Assembly (NCBI RefSeq): GCF_009834535.1
Contig: NC_045707.1
Location: 63,118,001-63,182,000, forward strand
Length of the DNA stretch: 64,000 bases
Direction: 5' to 3'
DNA from: Camelus ferus
Lineage: Eukaryota
Shown: in pieces, positions 26,050 to 40,099 of the stretch
How positions within the stretch are numbered: the stretch's first letter is position 1
Layout of the letters: each line of letters begins with the position of its first letter
Notes under the pieces: generated by a model
What the model was told of the DNA's origin: nothing
What the model saw: the letters and a program-made list of their open reading frames with translations, nothing else
The model's database searches: none
Program-made: the position numbers and the translations under genes

Positions 26050-27480
26050 TAACAAAACAAAATAAGAAATGATTGAGAAGATGAGAAATATTTGCTATTA
26101 CTTAGCATTTATTCAAAATAACATACCTCAGTAAATTAGAAAGAGAAAGGAATTCATTAATATGTTAAAGGCAATCTTCCAAAAATATACTGAGTGGTGA
26201 AACATTGTAAGTATTCTCTTTAATGATGCCCTCTATTAATAATTATATGCAAAAGCACAATAAAATAAATGAGTGAATAACAGAACTATTAAGCAAAAGG
26301 TAGATAGAAATGAAGAAATAAATTAGTATTATTCAGAGATGATGTGAAAGTTCTTATGGAAGTCCAAGAGAATTTATAGCACTAATTTATAAAATCAGTA
26401 AAGAGTGTAGCAAGGTTGCCTGACATAGGTCAATCCATAAAAAATCAAGAAAGTTGATACAAATCAGTAAAAAAATAATTAAAATAATTAATTTATACTT
26501 GATCTTAGACAAAAGGCTGAGAAACAATAGAATTAATTTAGAAAGAGTCCAATTCTCAACAGCAAACATACAAAAAAAAACCCGACAAAACCAAAAATTA
26601 TAGGGAGAAACTAAATGTTGCTCAGAGCTTTTATGGAGAAAATTACATAATTTATCCAAAGACACAAGGACCTAAATATGAAGAACTATATTCCTTATTA
26701 AGCTAAAAAGAGCTGTTACTGTAAAAATGTCAATTATTCCAAAATTAATCTACAAAATCTTTCGAAAGATTTTTTTTTCCGGAAACTGTCTTCATCTGAA
26801 AATTCATATAAATTGGCAAATAGTTAATAATAGCAATTTTGAAAGAGAACTAGACAGGAATAATCATCATACCTGATATCAAACCTAAAAAGCTACAGTG
26901 GAAGAACACGGTTTTTGCTACCAATTATCTCAGTGAAATACATGCAGAGCCATCAAATATGAGTGAGGAGGGTCAATAAAATGTGAACACTAAGAAAAAA
27001 TGAGAAATCTACCTGGAGGAAGAGTAAATTGACTTGAGAAATGCAGATGCAGGGACCCAGAGATTACCCAGTAACTTCTCTAGCAGGTGTAATACAGTGA
27101 AAAACATCCGCACATGAACCCAAAGACACATGAAGAAAGATGTCATTTGCAACAGGGCTTCTCATTTCTAATTCTAATTTCTACAGTTTCTAATGAGCAA
27201 AAACTGTAAACAAACTTGGGTCCATGAATGTGGGGATGAGTTTATGAAGTGTGCTTTATTTAAACTGTATAAAAGTAAAGATAAATGGCATAGATACCAG
27301 AGCATAAAAAGATGTATGAGATGAGGCTATGTCTGTTTCACGGTTATCTCTGGAAAGAGAAGGAGGGACATGATAATGATAGTAACAAAATTATCATAAT
27401 TGTTCAATTTGGGTCTTGGGTACATGCATACTTGACAGTATTCTTTGTATGTTTGAAAAATTCTTAAGATTTTTATTTAA
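26050..27480 (+). mobile_element. Old L1 (L1M/L1ME-type) ORF2-3'UTR fragments
   Basis: tattattcagagatgatgtg, agcaaggttgcctgacataggtcaatccataaaaaatcaa and aaaaatgtcaattattccaaaattaatctacaaa are L1 ORF2-like. Confidence 0.75.
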
Positions 27481-27559
27481 AGATAGAGGTCTTTCAGAAA
27501 ATCACTAACGTAAACCACCTTATAGTTCATCTCCTTTAGTTCAGTCTTTTGCATTGTGT

Positions 27560-27627
27560 ATCAGTGTTGTAGTCTCCCTTGTCTTAATCTTACATCAATA
27601 TTGTGTTCTCCCTTGTCTTAATCCTAC
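27560..27627. repeat. 34-bp tandem duplication (29/34 identical)
   Basis: atcagtgttgtagtctcccttgtcttaatcttac followed by atcaatattgtgttctcccttgtcttaatcctac. Confidence 0.9.
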
Positions 27628-30600
27628 TGCTGGAAAACCCCTTATACCAATGATCTATTTTGTAGAGCCTTGTAGGAGTATTTTGGTCCCACCATTTAAA
27701 AAAAATTATCTGATATAATAAAAGTGAAATACTGTTAAATTTAATTCGTCAGACATTTTAGAGTACTTTAAACTATTAAAATTCTATAAATAATCATTTT
27801 CTTTTAAAAATCAAATTATTAATGAACATACTATAATCCCCACTACAGTGTAAAGATATGAGCAAAGCAATGGTTTAAGAATAAGGGATAAAAATATTTA
27901 CTTTTTTTTATTCTGGAACCAAATAGAAGGCTTAAATATCCCAAAACAGTGACAGTGTTGAGTGAGTAAAACTATTTTAATTTTGTTTCAATAACTCGGG
28001 AAATACCATTTGTTTGTAGAAATCTATATGTTCCTGAATCACAAAATCATTTTAGAAGTTAAGAATAAGAGGCTTTTTAAAAATATCACCCAACAAATGG
28101 TATCCTCGTCACTTATTGTAGAACAATTGTTCCTTGTCGGAGTTAAGCTATCACAGCTGGAAACCCATATGAAATTTAGTTTATTAAGAAAAATACAACA
28201 TGAATTAACGTTAGTGAACAAGGCATGTCTAGCGTGCCACATAAATAAGACTTTTAAGAGACACTTGCATAATATTGTGCTAGCAAATGTCACAAATTAA
28301 ATACTTAATAGAATCACTACAAATTAGGTTTCTGATATGTTATGAATACAAAATACTTCCTCCATTTCTGGCTAATATAAAAGATGACATGGTACTTCTT
28401 AAAGGGGCATTGCTGGATTAAATTGGATGCTAACTTGAGTAAATATGGTTTATTATGCAAACAATATGTTAGTATAATGAAACTTTAGTGTCAATTGGAC
28501 ATTTTCTTTGAAAATTTGAGTACAGCATTAACCTCTACTAGATCACTAAATTGCATATTTTCTGAGTAATCTAAACATTTGCTTTTTCACCTAACAATCA
28601 AAATATCAAATATCCAAATATTTGAAAGTTATCTATCAACGAGTTTATATGCACAATATATAGCTATGTGGTGAAATTCATTCTTTCCTTTTCTAAATTT
28701 TGTTATTATTGTGCATATTGATGTATAGAATATTGAGGTAGATAAAGTATGTACAGCATACATCAGTTCCTCTATAGTTTTCCTTTGACCTATTGACAGA
28801 GAGAAGGAAAAAATGAATGGGCTTGTGACTCTTATGACAATAATATTTTCTTATATCTGACTTTTTCTTCTCTATAATCCCTCTCCCAGATTCTGGTCTG
28901 TGTCGCCTTTTGAGAGACAATGTAAACAGCTGCCTATCTGGTCCTCCTGCACTTCCCATTTTCCTTGCCTTTGAATAAGTTCTTCATGTGTGAAAAATGC
29001 TCCAATTGCCCAAAACCAAGTTTTTGATATGAACTTAAGTCTTCACTTAACTCTGTCATTTTTTAAAGAAATCTTTTCTAACTCGAGCAAGAATTAAAAT
29101 TTCTTACAATTCTCCTACAGCACTTGTTTTGTACATCTGTTCTTATATCTGTGCTGACATAGAACACAGTCTGTCTTATTTTGAGAATTTACATGTTACA
29201 AATATTAGTCATACACCGAGGAGTCAGGAAGGGGGGTGCCATGTTCCACAAAACCCAGCATCTTGCTGAGTGACTCAGCAGGTCAATACGTGTCTATTAA
29301 ATGAGGTAACTTAACTAAATGCATTAATGTGTGAAATATAAGCAGGAAAAAAAGAAAAGAGTAAATGAGTATGGTCGCAGCTTTATTTGGGACAAAGACC
29401 ATGCCAGGTGGCAATGTCCGGAAGAATATGGTTGCAGGAAACTAGACACAGATTGTTATTGTTCTTTCACAATGACTTCTCTGTCAGGACTCCCAAATTC
29501 GGGATTCCCTTTTATAGATTTAGTCTAATCTTCTCATATTTCTTGACACTTATTCTTAAATAATCTCATCCATTCAATCATCAAACTATAACCCATAGTT
29601 ATAAGAGGTCCTTTTGGTATTTATATTAAAGTCATAAGGAGATCTGACTCCAGATCTTCACATATCCACACACACATACCTCGCTGACTCTGCACCCAAG
29701 CTGGAGCACTGCCCTACTGCAAATGACACTTGGAGATGGATGAACTTTGACAGAGGACAGGCATTTTGTTGTAACCTTCATGTTGCCAGAGAAAATCTAC
29801 TTGCAGGTTATGAAGAACTGATTTTACAGTAATGGGGAAGTGTCTCTGCATTTTTTTTTAAAGAATAATTCTGAACTATTACCCGTCCTCAACAGAAGAT
29901 ACACAAAGTACAGTCATTCCAGCGACATAAAATATCAATTACCAGCTTAATAACCGAGCCCAGAGAAGCTGGAATCTTGAAGTAATATTTCTAAATTTTC
30001 TACCAATAGCCGACCAAAAGAAAGCACTTGCTATTGTCTGAATTGCTAAAAGAAAAAAGAGAATTTTAGCAACAAGTTATCTGAAAAAAGTATAAAGAAA
30101 TCAATCCAGTGAATCACAGGAAGAAAACGCATGACCCCCTTGCTCCTGAGTGTCATGAGTGTCTGGAAGGGCTGTTCAGAATAAGCACAATATTGAGACA
30201 TAAAATATAATACAGGGGAAAAAATCCTTTATATTGAACATGATTTGAAATAACTATGTGCTGGGAAAAAAAAGGTTATAGGTAAAAATGTCAGAAGAAC
30301 ATCAGAGAAAATCCAGAGATAGGGTAAAAGGTTTTAAAAAGCAGATATAACAATTTTTGTCCTGGAAAAAAGGCGGCCAGCCAAACATTTAATAATAATT
30401 TTCAAATATAGGAAAGTTTCATATACAGTAGATGTGGTTGGTTGATTTTCAGCTCCACTGGGAGTTGAATAGCAACCACATGAAAAAAAAGAAATGACCG
30501 AAAGAAAGGAAATATTTCTCAACCATGAAAGACTTACCATTTGGTATTAAATATCATGGAACATGTAGATTGTCCTTCAAAAGGTAGTTTGAATAAACCG

Positions 30601-30866
30601 TGTTTTATTTTCATATTGAAGGTTTAAGCATTAATCTGCCAGAAAGTATAAGAATATTCTCTAGTAAAACCTGCCATAAACAACCAGCAGTGTATGGACT
30701 CCTGTTTTAGCCCATGTCCAAACTGGCACATTCTGATTTATTCACTTATATATCCATCTAACCCAGCCTCCTACCAATATAGTTGTTGCTCCAAAATCCA
30801 TCCTTTTCTACCATAGCTCCCTGGTATTCCTTTTGGGAAGAACAAAATGTCCTAAAAATTGCCGGC

Positions 30867-30869
<3 letters not shown>

Positions 30870-30897
<28 letters not shown>
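30870..30897. repeat. (AC)14 microsatellite
   Basis: Direct reading. Confidence 0.97.
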
Positions 30898-30901
<4 letters not shown>

Positions 30902-33900
30902 ATGGAAGTTAATGAGAAATAGAAGCTTAGTGTATAATCTTAAGATTCTATATGATTATAGCCAGTAAAGGCAAATAAATCCAAGCCTAAATTTCAATAA
31001 TATAATCTTAAAATATACTGGACAGATTTTTTTTTATTTTGTCATTTATCAGGCCAATTAATATTTAAATATTCTATTATATGGTACCATGATTTAGATT
31101 TGAAAGACGTGATACTTTTAGAAATAAGTAACCTTAGGAAATAAAAATAACTGGGTTCTGACCTAAGGATGTAATAATTTTCAATTTAAAAAATAATACA
31201 CATTTCTAGAAGGGCAACATTATTTTATCCTTATTTTAAAAAGGGATTTCGGATGTTCAAAACTTGCTTTTTCTAAAACATGTATATGTTCAAGTGACAT
31301 TTTTCCTAAATGACTTTAAAATGAAGTAAATTGAGCCAACAACTCTGTTCATGGGGTATTTTATGTAAGTGTCCATAGCTTGTTTGTCTAATTCAGAAAC
31401 TTCTAGGTTCAAATGTACTTTGGTGTTAAGTTTTGTCTTGAGTGGTTCCAATGCATCTCTAGGGACAGGTGTTAAAAGAAGCCTCCATGGAAAATGAAGG
31501 AAGTTCAAGTGAAGAAGTCTTGAGCCTTGGAGGTCAGTTCTTCGAACTTCGAGGCATACTTTCCACATGAACAAAATTCACTAGACATGACCTGTAAATA
31601 ACCATGTCCTTCACTTGTGCTCAGGATTGTCTTTTTTCTGTGAAAGCCAGGATGCTGCTTACTCATCCAGACAGAATGTTGCCGGGCCCCCTCCTACAGC
31701 AGAAGCTTTATTTAGCAGTGGTGCCGAACATCTCATATGTTCTGACACCACTGTCAAGGACAAAAGCATAGTATATTTTTTCATTAAGCACCCGTATGAG
31801 GAACTCTTCAAGGATGGGCTCACACAAGAGGTTGATGAGATAATTTTACACAGACGGGCCATCACAGAGTTCAAGAACAATACTGAATAAAGTCAGGCTT
31901 CTCAAACCACTGGGCTATAAAACTGAATTCACCATCCTACTGGATTCATAACAAATAAAATATGAATTATCAGTGAATACCAGCATAACTAATGTTTCCA
32001 TCAATGCAATTAATCCACAGCGGAAATGGATCAGCTGAAATCTACACATCACTCAGGTATATGCAGAAAAGCAAAGAAGAAAATCACCATGTCTAGGGCA
32101 TAAGCTTGATAACCAGATGACACTTTTTAATCTTCACTGTCGAAGTCACTCATGCACGAGATGACTGATTTTCTGGAAGCAAAGGAAATTATTTTACTGT
32201 GCCAATATTTGCCGGATAAGGGAAATAATTGCTTGAGTAAGGTTTTCTTTATCTCCCTTTCTGCTATTCTGACTTCAGGGCGAGTTTACAGCGAGAATGA
32301 AATGCCCGGATTAAAGTTTCATCAAACCACCTTTGGCTGTTCTCAAGAAAATAAATTAGCCTCTTTGCCCATTTCATTGAGAGATGGATTATTTCTCTCT
32401 TTGCTTCTCTAGAAAGGCAGAAGTCCTAACTTCAGTTTGGATGCTTGTTGACAGCAGAGTGTAGCAGGAGGCAGGTTAGTATTTGAGGACTTGCTAACAT
32501 CTAGAAGCCAGTCAACAGGCTAACTGTTCATCACCATCCCCTCTTGTTAAAAATAAGGACGGGTTTTCCCTCTAGCTTTTGATTTTTGTTTTCAGTGTGG
32601 CCAAGCCCAGATGTACTCTGTCCCTAGAGAGTTTCAAACTCCAAACCCAGGGAACGAAAGCAACAAGCCATTATCATGAAGCAAACCCTTCTGACAGTGC
32701 TGGACCATGAGCACAAAAAATCAGCCCGCTTTTATATATTCACCAAGCAAATACAATCTTGCCAGAGTTTATTTGGCAAACCCACATAAGAAATTCATTG
32801 CTGAAACTTTTCATTTAAGGTATAGTGTTGTGTAATATCATTAAGCCAAATTAATAAAATCGGAAGTTGCAATATCTGAGTGAAGGGGAAAGAAATAATT
32901 TTAAGAGAACATGTGATATTCCACAGATCACACTTTGGGAAACACTGCTTTGGTAAGATAAAACCTCCCAAGATGCATACATAAAAATGCACAATGCCTT
33001 TTCTTCCAGGAATCTACATGGAAATATTTAACACTCTAAGCAACACCTTATTTTATCACGGTTTCTCCTATTACCTTCCCCAACTTTAGCTTCTGGTATG
33101 TGGCAGCAAATTTCTACCTCTAGCTTTCCTCCAATCTCTTTGTCATCCACCAAAACAAGAAATAGTGATTGCTGCCACCACCAGAATTATAGAAGAAATA
33201 AGCCACCCTAAACCCTGGTGATCTAGCACCCTTTCATTTGAAAAGCAATTAAATGTCAACTCAACTTTCTTACGGTTTAACCTAGAGCAAACGTAAAAGG
33301 GAAAAAGCAACTGACTCTTGTTGCCTTCTTTCTGGGCTGAAAAGAAAAATTGTTCTGCTTTGGTCATAGCGAATGTCTCCCATATTCCACCAGCAACATC
33401 ATGGTTTCTGTTGGCAACAAGGTCACTGAAAATAGACATCAATATGAGCTGATGAAAAACACTTGGTCCCAAAGCTATAAAAATGTTTTCTCAAGCAGAA
33501 GTGGAAAATAGGGAAAGATTTAGCTCTTAAAGTAAACAAGAGTGGAGTTAGGAACAAAAATGCCATAAAGGGGCAGATCAATGGTCCGTCAGACTGAAGG
33601 ATGTCCCGGACAGAGGCATCAAGGGATGCTGAGAAACAAGTATGCTTTTGTTTTCCATGACCTTCATTTCAGAGGTGAAGGGTATCTTCTGAACATTCCT
33701 TACTCGATCAGGTTTGTCTAAGCAATCACAGGATCCCAGAATAAGGGAGGATCACCTAATGCGTGAGGAACGTAATTCAGGACAAGCAAAAGAAGCTTGA
33801 CTCTTGCATTATTTTTCAGGATGAATGTGAATAGTTCAAACTAAAGAACTCTTGAGAAGGTAACATGAGCATTTAGTAAAGCATGGCTTTGCTTAAGAGT

Positions 33901-34309
33901 ACAGAGACATATTTCATTCTTCTCATGCTAAGTGTTTAAAATAAAAACCAAGCATATCTCAAAAGTCACTGTTGTTTGGAATCTGAACTAATCAGAAATT
34001 AAATGTGCATCACTACCTTAAAGACTCTGAGGATTTGGAAAGCAGAATTAATCTCTGTTAAAATTCATTCAAACTACAAGTCATTTATTGTGTGTTCACT
34101 GTCTGTAAGGCGGTGAACTAGATAATAATAGGGATATTGCAAAAGCTTTGATTCTAAGAGAACTAATTAAACAGACACACACAAATAACTAAAAACAGAA
34201 GAGAGCTACCAGAAAAGAAATGACTGTCTCTTTATGTTCTATGTGCAATGTGTTCTCAAAACACAAAAAGAAATAGAAAGATGATCGGTCTAGGGTAGGC
34301 GATGAAGAG

Positions 34310-34530
34310 AACACAGAGAACTACCACTGTATGAATCCTGACTCCAACACTTACTAACTTTGTGATTTGGGGAAGTTACCTCCTAAATTTCCTCATCCAT
34401 AAATTGGAGATGGGAAGAGGATCTGTATTATGGGGTTTCTGTAAGGTTATATGATTTAACATATATACAGAAGTGATATAAAAGGGACCAGGACATAGTG
34501 TTACAGAAGTGTTAACTGAGGTTATTATTT
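34310..34530 (+). mobile_element. MIR SINE
   Basis: tgaatcctgactccaacacttactaactttgtgatttggggaagttac...tttcctcatccataaattggagat. Confidence 0.8.
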
Positions 34531-35424
34531 CAGACATAAATACCTTTAAACATGCTAACTTCTTCCCAGTGCCACCGCCACATTCATTTCAAACTGGAAA
34601 AACATTTTTAGACATTAGATAGCATTAAAACTCTTGTTTTTACTCTTAACGACATGACTACTCAAATAGTTTCAACTGCTCCAATTTGGTCACAAAGCTC
34701 CCGTTGTGACTGATGCCCTTCCAGGAGGAAAATGATGTAGCAATAAATGTTTGCACATTTCATCTTAAAACTGTGGGGCCGGAAAACAGTTTGGGGAATA
34801 TGTAAACAAAACATAGATATTCAATTGTTTGATCATTGCTCTGCTTTGGCTTAGAGCACATACCAGGGGGATACCTGCTCCACAGTCTCTACTTCAGGCC
34901 AGATATTTTTATGGCACTGAACTAATCGCATCCTATTGTAAAACTGAAACAGTAGAAAAGCAGTGCGCAACTGAACGGCACCAGTCGGTTTGCTTCTGAA
35001 TGTGCTCCACTCTGTAGAAGCCTAACTATGCCTCTGAGAGTCACGTGGATGCACACAGCTCCATCTCTGACCATGTACACCTCTCCTTAGGGCCTCTCAG
35101 CACCAGGACAGTCTTGGCATAGAATATTTCCAAGGATTCTTAAGTTGTTGGCTCCATAGAGGAGCAGTTTAAACTAGGAAGAGGTAAATAGGGTAAAATA
35201 AGCATTGATGAGAATGAAGGACAAAGGAAAAACGTATCTCCTCAAGATAAACTCTTCAGGAACTATAAAATAATGACACTGGTGTTCTTAGACAAGAAGT
35301 TGCATCTGAAGAAATTCTCAAAAGAGAGATGAAATAAATGGTCAGATGAGAGGCAGAATTATTTGAATAAATGTATAACCTACTCTACCATGAAAGCAAC
35401 ACTTATTTGACTATGTGACCAGGC

Positions 35425-35615
35425 AATCAGAGAACAGAATTTGGAGTCAGGTAGGCTGGGTTGAAATCTTGGTTCTTCCACTTATGAGCTGCGTGAACTT
35501 GGGCCATAAGATGTTACTACCATAGGTGTCAGCTTGATGTAACGTTTAAACAGAAGGATGTATATAATAAAACCCCAGGAACACAGTGAGCACCCAGTAA
35601 ACAGTGACTATTAAT
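35425..35615 (+). mobile_element. MIR SINE
   Basis: ttggagtcaggtaggctgggttgaaatcttggttcttccacttatgagctgcgtgaacttgggc. Confidence 0.8.
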
Positions 35616-35706
35616 ACTAAAAAGTACAGTGTTTAACTTTTAAATTAATATCTTGTTCAAGCTTTAAAGATGGTAACAAAAGACAGTAAGGATGATTGCT
35701 TTGCTG

Positions 35707-35792
35707 ATGGGTAAAACTCATTACTTTAAAATAAAGAATATCTTAGCTCATGGGTAAAATTCATTACTTTAAAATAAAGAATATATTAGCTC
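35707..35792. repeat. 43-bp tandem duplication (41/43 identical)
   Basis: atgggtaaaa(c/t)tcattactttaaaataaagaatat(c/a)ttagctc at 35707-35749 and 35750-35792. Confidence 0.97.
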
Positions 35793-35934
35793 AAACTCAG
35801 AGCTCTCTTTCTAAGAATGGTGCACTGTTTAAAGCAGGAAAAAAAACCAAAAAACAAAAACCTGAGCCCCTGAATCTGAGACACAATAATTTGATGAAGA
35901 AATAAAGGATGGAAATAAATAGGTGAAGCTAGGT

Positions 35935-36480
35935 CTTGAGACTACGTATTGCCCATTTGTTAGACTTCCCCACTCCCTCTCCTGTGCTTCTTAACTTCTC
36001 TTGCGTATTTCCCATGTGTATGTCTCCCTGTGCTGCACTTGGATCATTTCCTCAGTTACCTCTTCCACTTTAAAATTCTCTCTTCAGCTCTTCCCAACCT
36101 GTGATAAACCATCTACTACATGGACTACACTTTTAAAGGCAGTTCTTGTGTTTTTATTTCTAGAAGCCCTCATTAGTTACTTTTTAATCTGCCTGCACTT
36201 TGTTTCTATTTTCAAACCTCCTCATTGCCTCAAATGTATTAATATAGGATTTTATACCCTAACATACCCAATGTTTTCATCATACGCACGGGTGATTCTG
36301 CTCTCAGCTGTGTTAGCTGTCTTACGTTCCTGGAACCTCCTTTCTTTCCATAACTGGGGATTTCTGGCTGTGAGAGGCTTTTTATCCTTGGTACTCATCT
36401 GTGGAAATCTTCTGAGATGTGATATGAAGGCGTGCATCGCCGGAAAGGGTTTGTTTTAGTTATGTCTGGCATCTGAGGAT
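35935..36480 (-). mobile_element. Old L1 ORF1-region fragment
   Basis: tctccctgtgctgcacttggatcatttcctcag...ttctctcttcagct...tttttatttctagaag is typical of reverse-strand L1M/HAL1 ORF1 remnants. Confidence 0.65.
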
Positions 36481-38096
36481 ACTTCAAGTCCAGGATCAAG
36501 AATTTTATATTAAAATGCTGGCTTGACATTCACAGTGTACCCAGGTAGTTTTCATTTGAGCTGCAAAGCCATGCCAGAGTTGTGACTGCAGATTTGCAAG
36601 AGAAATTTCCTTTCCTTCTTCACTTGCTGTCATGGCTTGGAACAGACAATTTCTCTGTGGTCTCCTGAGGAAAGGGACAGGTTTATTTCTCGTTCATCTG
36701 TGTGCTAAAGGTGCAGCTCCTTCAGGGCCTGGCTTTATGGGAGGCATCCCACTAAACTCCTCACCTTTAGCTTTGTCTTCTTTTCCCATCTCTGTGAAAC
36801 CCTGAAAATTGTGCTCAGATACTCCTGGTTGGAAAACTACCCTCAAGGCAAAAGCCAACTTCAGTATTTTTTCACTCTGCTTTTTAAAGGTAAGAATACG
36901 TTGTATGAAATCACAGTCAAGCCTTCCACTTCCCATACTGATACAGAGACAACTCAAAAAGAAAAAAACAAGGCTGAAAGAAAGACCTTCTATTTTTAAA
37001 AGCCATAAACTTGATTCAGTGCTGCCAGAAAATAGGCAATAGCATGAGTGATACAGGATGTAAAAAACATGTGGTCCCTTGATAATTTTCCCAGTAGGTC
37101 ATCAAATGGCCCTTAGCCTCCCTGAAAGAATCCATGGGAATATCTGTGAAAGTGGATCCGAAGAAATACTTTCATTATTTCAAAGGAAATGGCATATTTG
37201 CCCTCAAAAAGGCTACTGGGGCCAAAGAGAAAGGATTTTTTTGTTTTGTTTTGTTTTTGTTTGACTGGAAGTGTATTTACCCTGCACAGTAACACAGTTA
37301 GGCTTGTTTGAAACAAAAACTCTGATTGAGATGCTGCTTGATTAATGTAGAGGTGGACTGTTTAATACTCGGTTAATGGTAAAATAATTGGGGGATAACT
37401 CTTTTGCACTTTATATGTGTCACTGATCACCATATAGGGCTTCTGAATATTTGAATACTCCATCAATATACCATGAGTGGTCGATTAACAATGGGAGGTG
37501 GTTATGTTAAGTAAAAAGGTGAATTCATGAGATGCTAAAACACTACCTACCCTTGACTGTTCTACTGGAAGATTCATTCAGTTCAACTTCTTCCAACCTA
37601 TCCCACTGTCAGAAGTATACAAACTACCTACAGTGTGAAGAATACTTTCATTCTTCATTTTCTTCAAACATCTTCCTGTTAAAAGGAAGCTTTCTTTCTG
37701 TTCTCCCTTCCTTCCTACTGTTTCTCGTTTGCCAAAACGTCAACCCTTCAATCCAGTTGCCTTTCTTGCTTATCCTTTAAATCTTAACTTATTCCTAACT
37801 TTACTTGTGTTCTTTCTAACTACCACCAAATCCCGATCTGCCAGGAAATCTGTTCAAAACATTGCAGTCTCCCTGTGTGCTAGGGGAATATACAATGACT
37901 GATTCCCAATACTTTATGGTTTTTATCTTCAGTTGTTATTTCTCTCTGAACATCCTGTATAAAACAATTTGAGATTCACAGGTCTCCTGACTGAATTGCA
38001 CTTGTACTGTCAACAGAAGCCCCATTCTTTTCTGATTGTGGCTGCCTCCTAGCCTAACGGAATTAAAGTCACGTACAGTTGCAGTGTGGAATGGAG

Positions 38097-38124
38097 TACT
38101 TTTTGTATATTACTTTTTGTATAT
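38097..38124. repeat. 14-bp perfect tandem duplication
   Basis: tactttttgtatat repeated twice. Confidence 0.9.
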
Positions 38125-39377
38125 TTCAATAAGTTGAAATGGTATTTTTATTCTTAATCATGGCTACTGATGACGTCTGGCGTGAGTGAACCATTGCAAA
38201 AGTCATTAGAATTAGGCTTTTTGCATAAACAAAACACTAAAAACAACTGTACCTTGTGCAACGATTTCAGAAAGCTACAGCAGTGGAGTCTCACGAGAGA
38301 CAAGTTCTGCAAGCTAAGACTGAGACACAGCTTTGGCTCTTAAGCTTCTTGTATTGTGTGATCACCTCTCTGGCTTTCACAAAAAGAACAGAAGAATAAA
38401 GTCAAAACCAACACTGCAGCTTCTTAAGCATTTCAGCAAAGTAAAAAAGGAGCCGTGTAACAGAGGACTTGAAACCTAGCATCCTAAACCATTAGTTAAT
38501 AACAGTAAATCAATGAAATACAAGAGGAGCCCACAGAGGATCCGAGTCCTTTGAACAGGATTAATCCATTCCTTACACTCCTGAGTAACCTGTTACCTAT
38601 TTTCACTAAATACATAGGTTTTCCTTCAACTGCATCAAATAAATCAAAGAACAACTGCTAGGGAGAAGTACAAGTGACTTGAAAGAAAAAAGCAAGTTGT
38701 TTTAAGTATTAAGATTTGAGTAAGGAAGAAAAAAAAAGGAAGCCATTCAAATGGTGAAGAATCAGTCAGACACATGTGCAAAAGAAAGCTTACCTCCATC
38801 AGCAAAATGCACAAATTAATAATTTACCAGCAAGTGGTAAAGGCATTTATCACAGAAATGTCAATATAATCACCTCCCAACATGTACATTTTCTTTACAG
38901 AGCAAAAAGGCATTTCCTTTCCATGATGTCTTAAAATCACCTCTGGCCTAGAATAATGGTAATTTCAAGGTCAAAGGCAAGGACAAAACTCATTAGCAAT
39001 AAAGAGAATCACTAAAGTAAATTCTACCTTAGACACTCTTTTGATAATTTTTTTTACAAATGTCAGATGATTCAGAGATGGGTGGGTATTGTCTCTAAAT
39101 TTTCTTATCTTACCTAAGAGGCAAGCAGTTGGCTTCTTTTCCATTCACACTTCTATATGTATTAAAAAGGGAGAAATGGAATGATATAAACATAAATAAC
39201 ATGCATGAGAAATTAACTGCTAAGAAATTATGTATTTTATATCACATTATTTGACTATGATATACCATGTACTCAAAATCCAGGAAGAACTCGTTGAGTG
39301 GTCCTACATTTTACTTTGTTAATTCGGGAGCGGATTTTTAATTTTATTTTTAAAGAACATCGGAGAATGAAGATGGA

Positions 39378-39513
39378 GGGGAGGGTATAGCTCAGTGGTA
39401 GAGCACGTGCCTAGCATGCAGAAGGTCCTGCGTTCAATCCCCAGTACCTCCCTCAAAATGAATAAATACCTAATTACCTCCCCCTAAACAAAAGACAACA
39501 AAACAAAAAAAAA
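39378..39513 (+). mobile_element. vic-1-type camelid SINE with A and B boxes
   Basis: ggggagggtatagctcagtggtagagcacgtgcctagcatgcagaaggtcctgcgttcaatccccagtacctcc plus tail. A box at 39388-39398, B box at 39432-39440. Degenerate TSD (aagaacatcggagaatgaa / aagattatcaaagaatgaa). Confidence 0.92.
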
Positions 39514-39599
39514 TTTTAAGATTATCAAAGAATGAAAAATTTTATAATCTCTGGTGGTTCATATTGAAATGTTTAATTACCTTTAGAAGTTCTTTCTCA

Positions 39600-39790
39600 G
39601 ATGAACTGAAATTTTTTTCCTATAATTTAAGGTCATTTATCTAACTCTGACCTTAATGTTGACAGAGAAGTGGTGAACAGCCTTCCTATAATAACAATTT
39701 ATATATGACAGCCAGTTATGGAGTCACCTCTGAGCCCTCTATCCTCGAGGGTGGACATAAGTTCCTTAGCTTTTCCAGGATAGGATGTAT
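39600..39790 (-). mobile_element. L3/CR1 fragment
   Basis: gacagccagttatggagtcacctctgagccctctatcctc...agttccttagcttttcc resembles reverse CR1 3' ORF2. Confidence 0.45.
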
Positions 39791-40099
39791 CTCCAACTGT
39801 CTCTAAATCACTCACTCTCTCTCTCTCTCTGCCTCTCCCCCCGCCCAATCTCTCTCTCTCTGTCTCTGTGTTCTTTGCTTAATTTTCCTCAGTCTCCTAA
39901 GCTTGTTCATATTTTCCTTATGAGATGATCATATTTCCCAGATTTTATAACCTTTATGTTTTATTTGCATGCCAGTACATAAATTATTTTAAAACAGTGA
40001 ATTTTTCATTTGGGAAGAACCCCTAACTTTAGTATATGTCAGAAGACTGTAACCCAAATCCTACTGCCTGTTGAAACCATGGCATAACAGGCAATTAGC

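Noticed and set aside
28214..28240. p53-like element (AGGCATGTCT)
   Set aside because: Only one perfect half-site; the neighbouring halves are mis-spaced or mismatched.
36001..36459. Longest ORF in the track (152 aa)
   Set aside because: Non-ATG start, no recognisable family, and it lies antisense over an old L1 fragment.
39378..39450. tRNA-Ala-like gene (also at 1560-1628, 6255-6330 and 52440-52500)
   Set aside because: Each has a SINE A-rich tail, usually a TSD, and diverged stems; these are vic-1 SINE heads, not tRNA genes.
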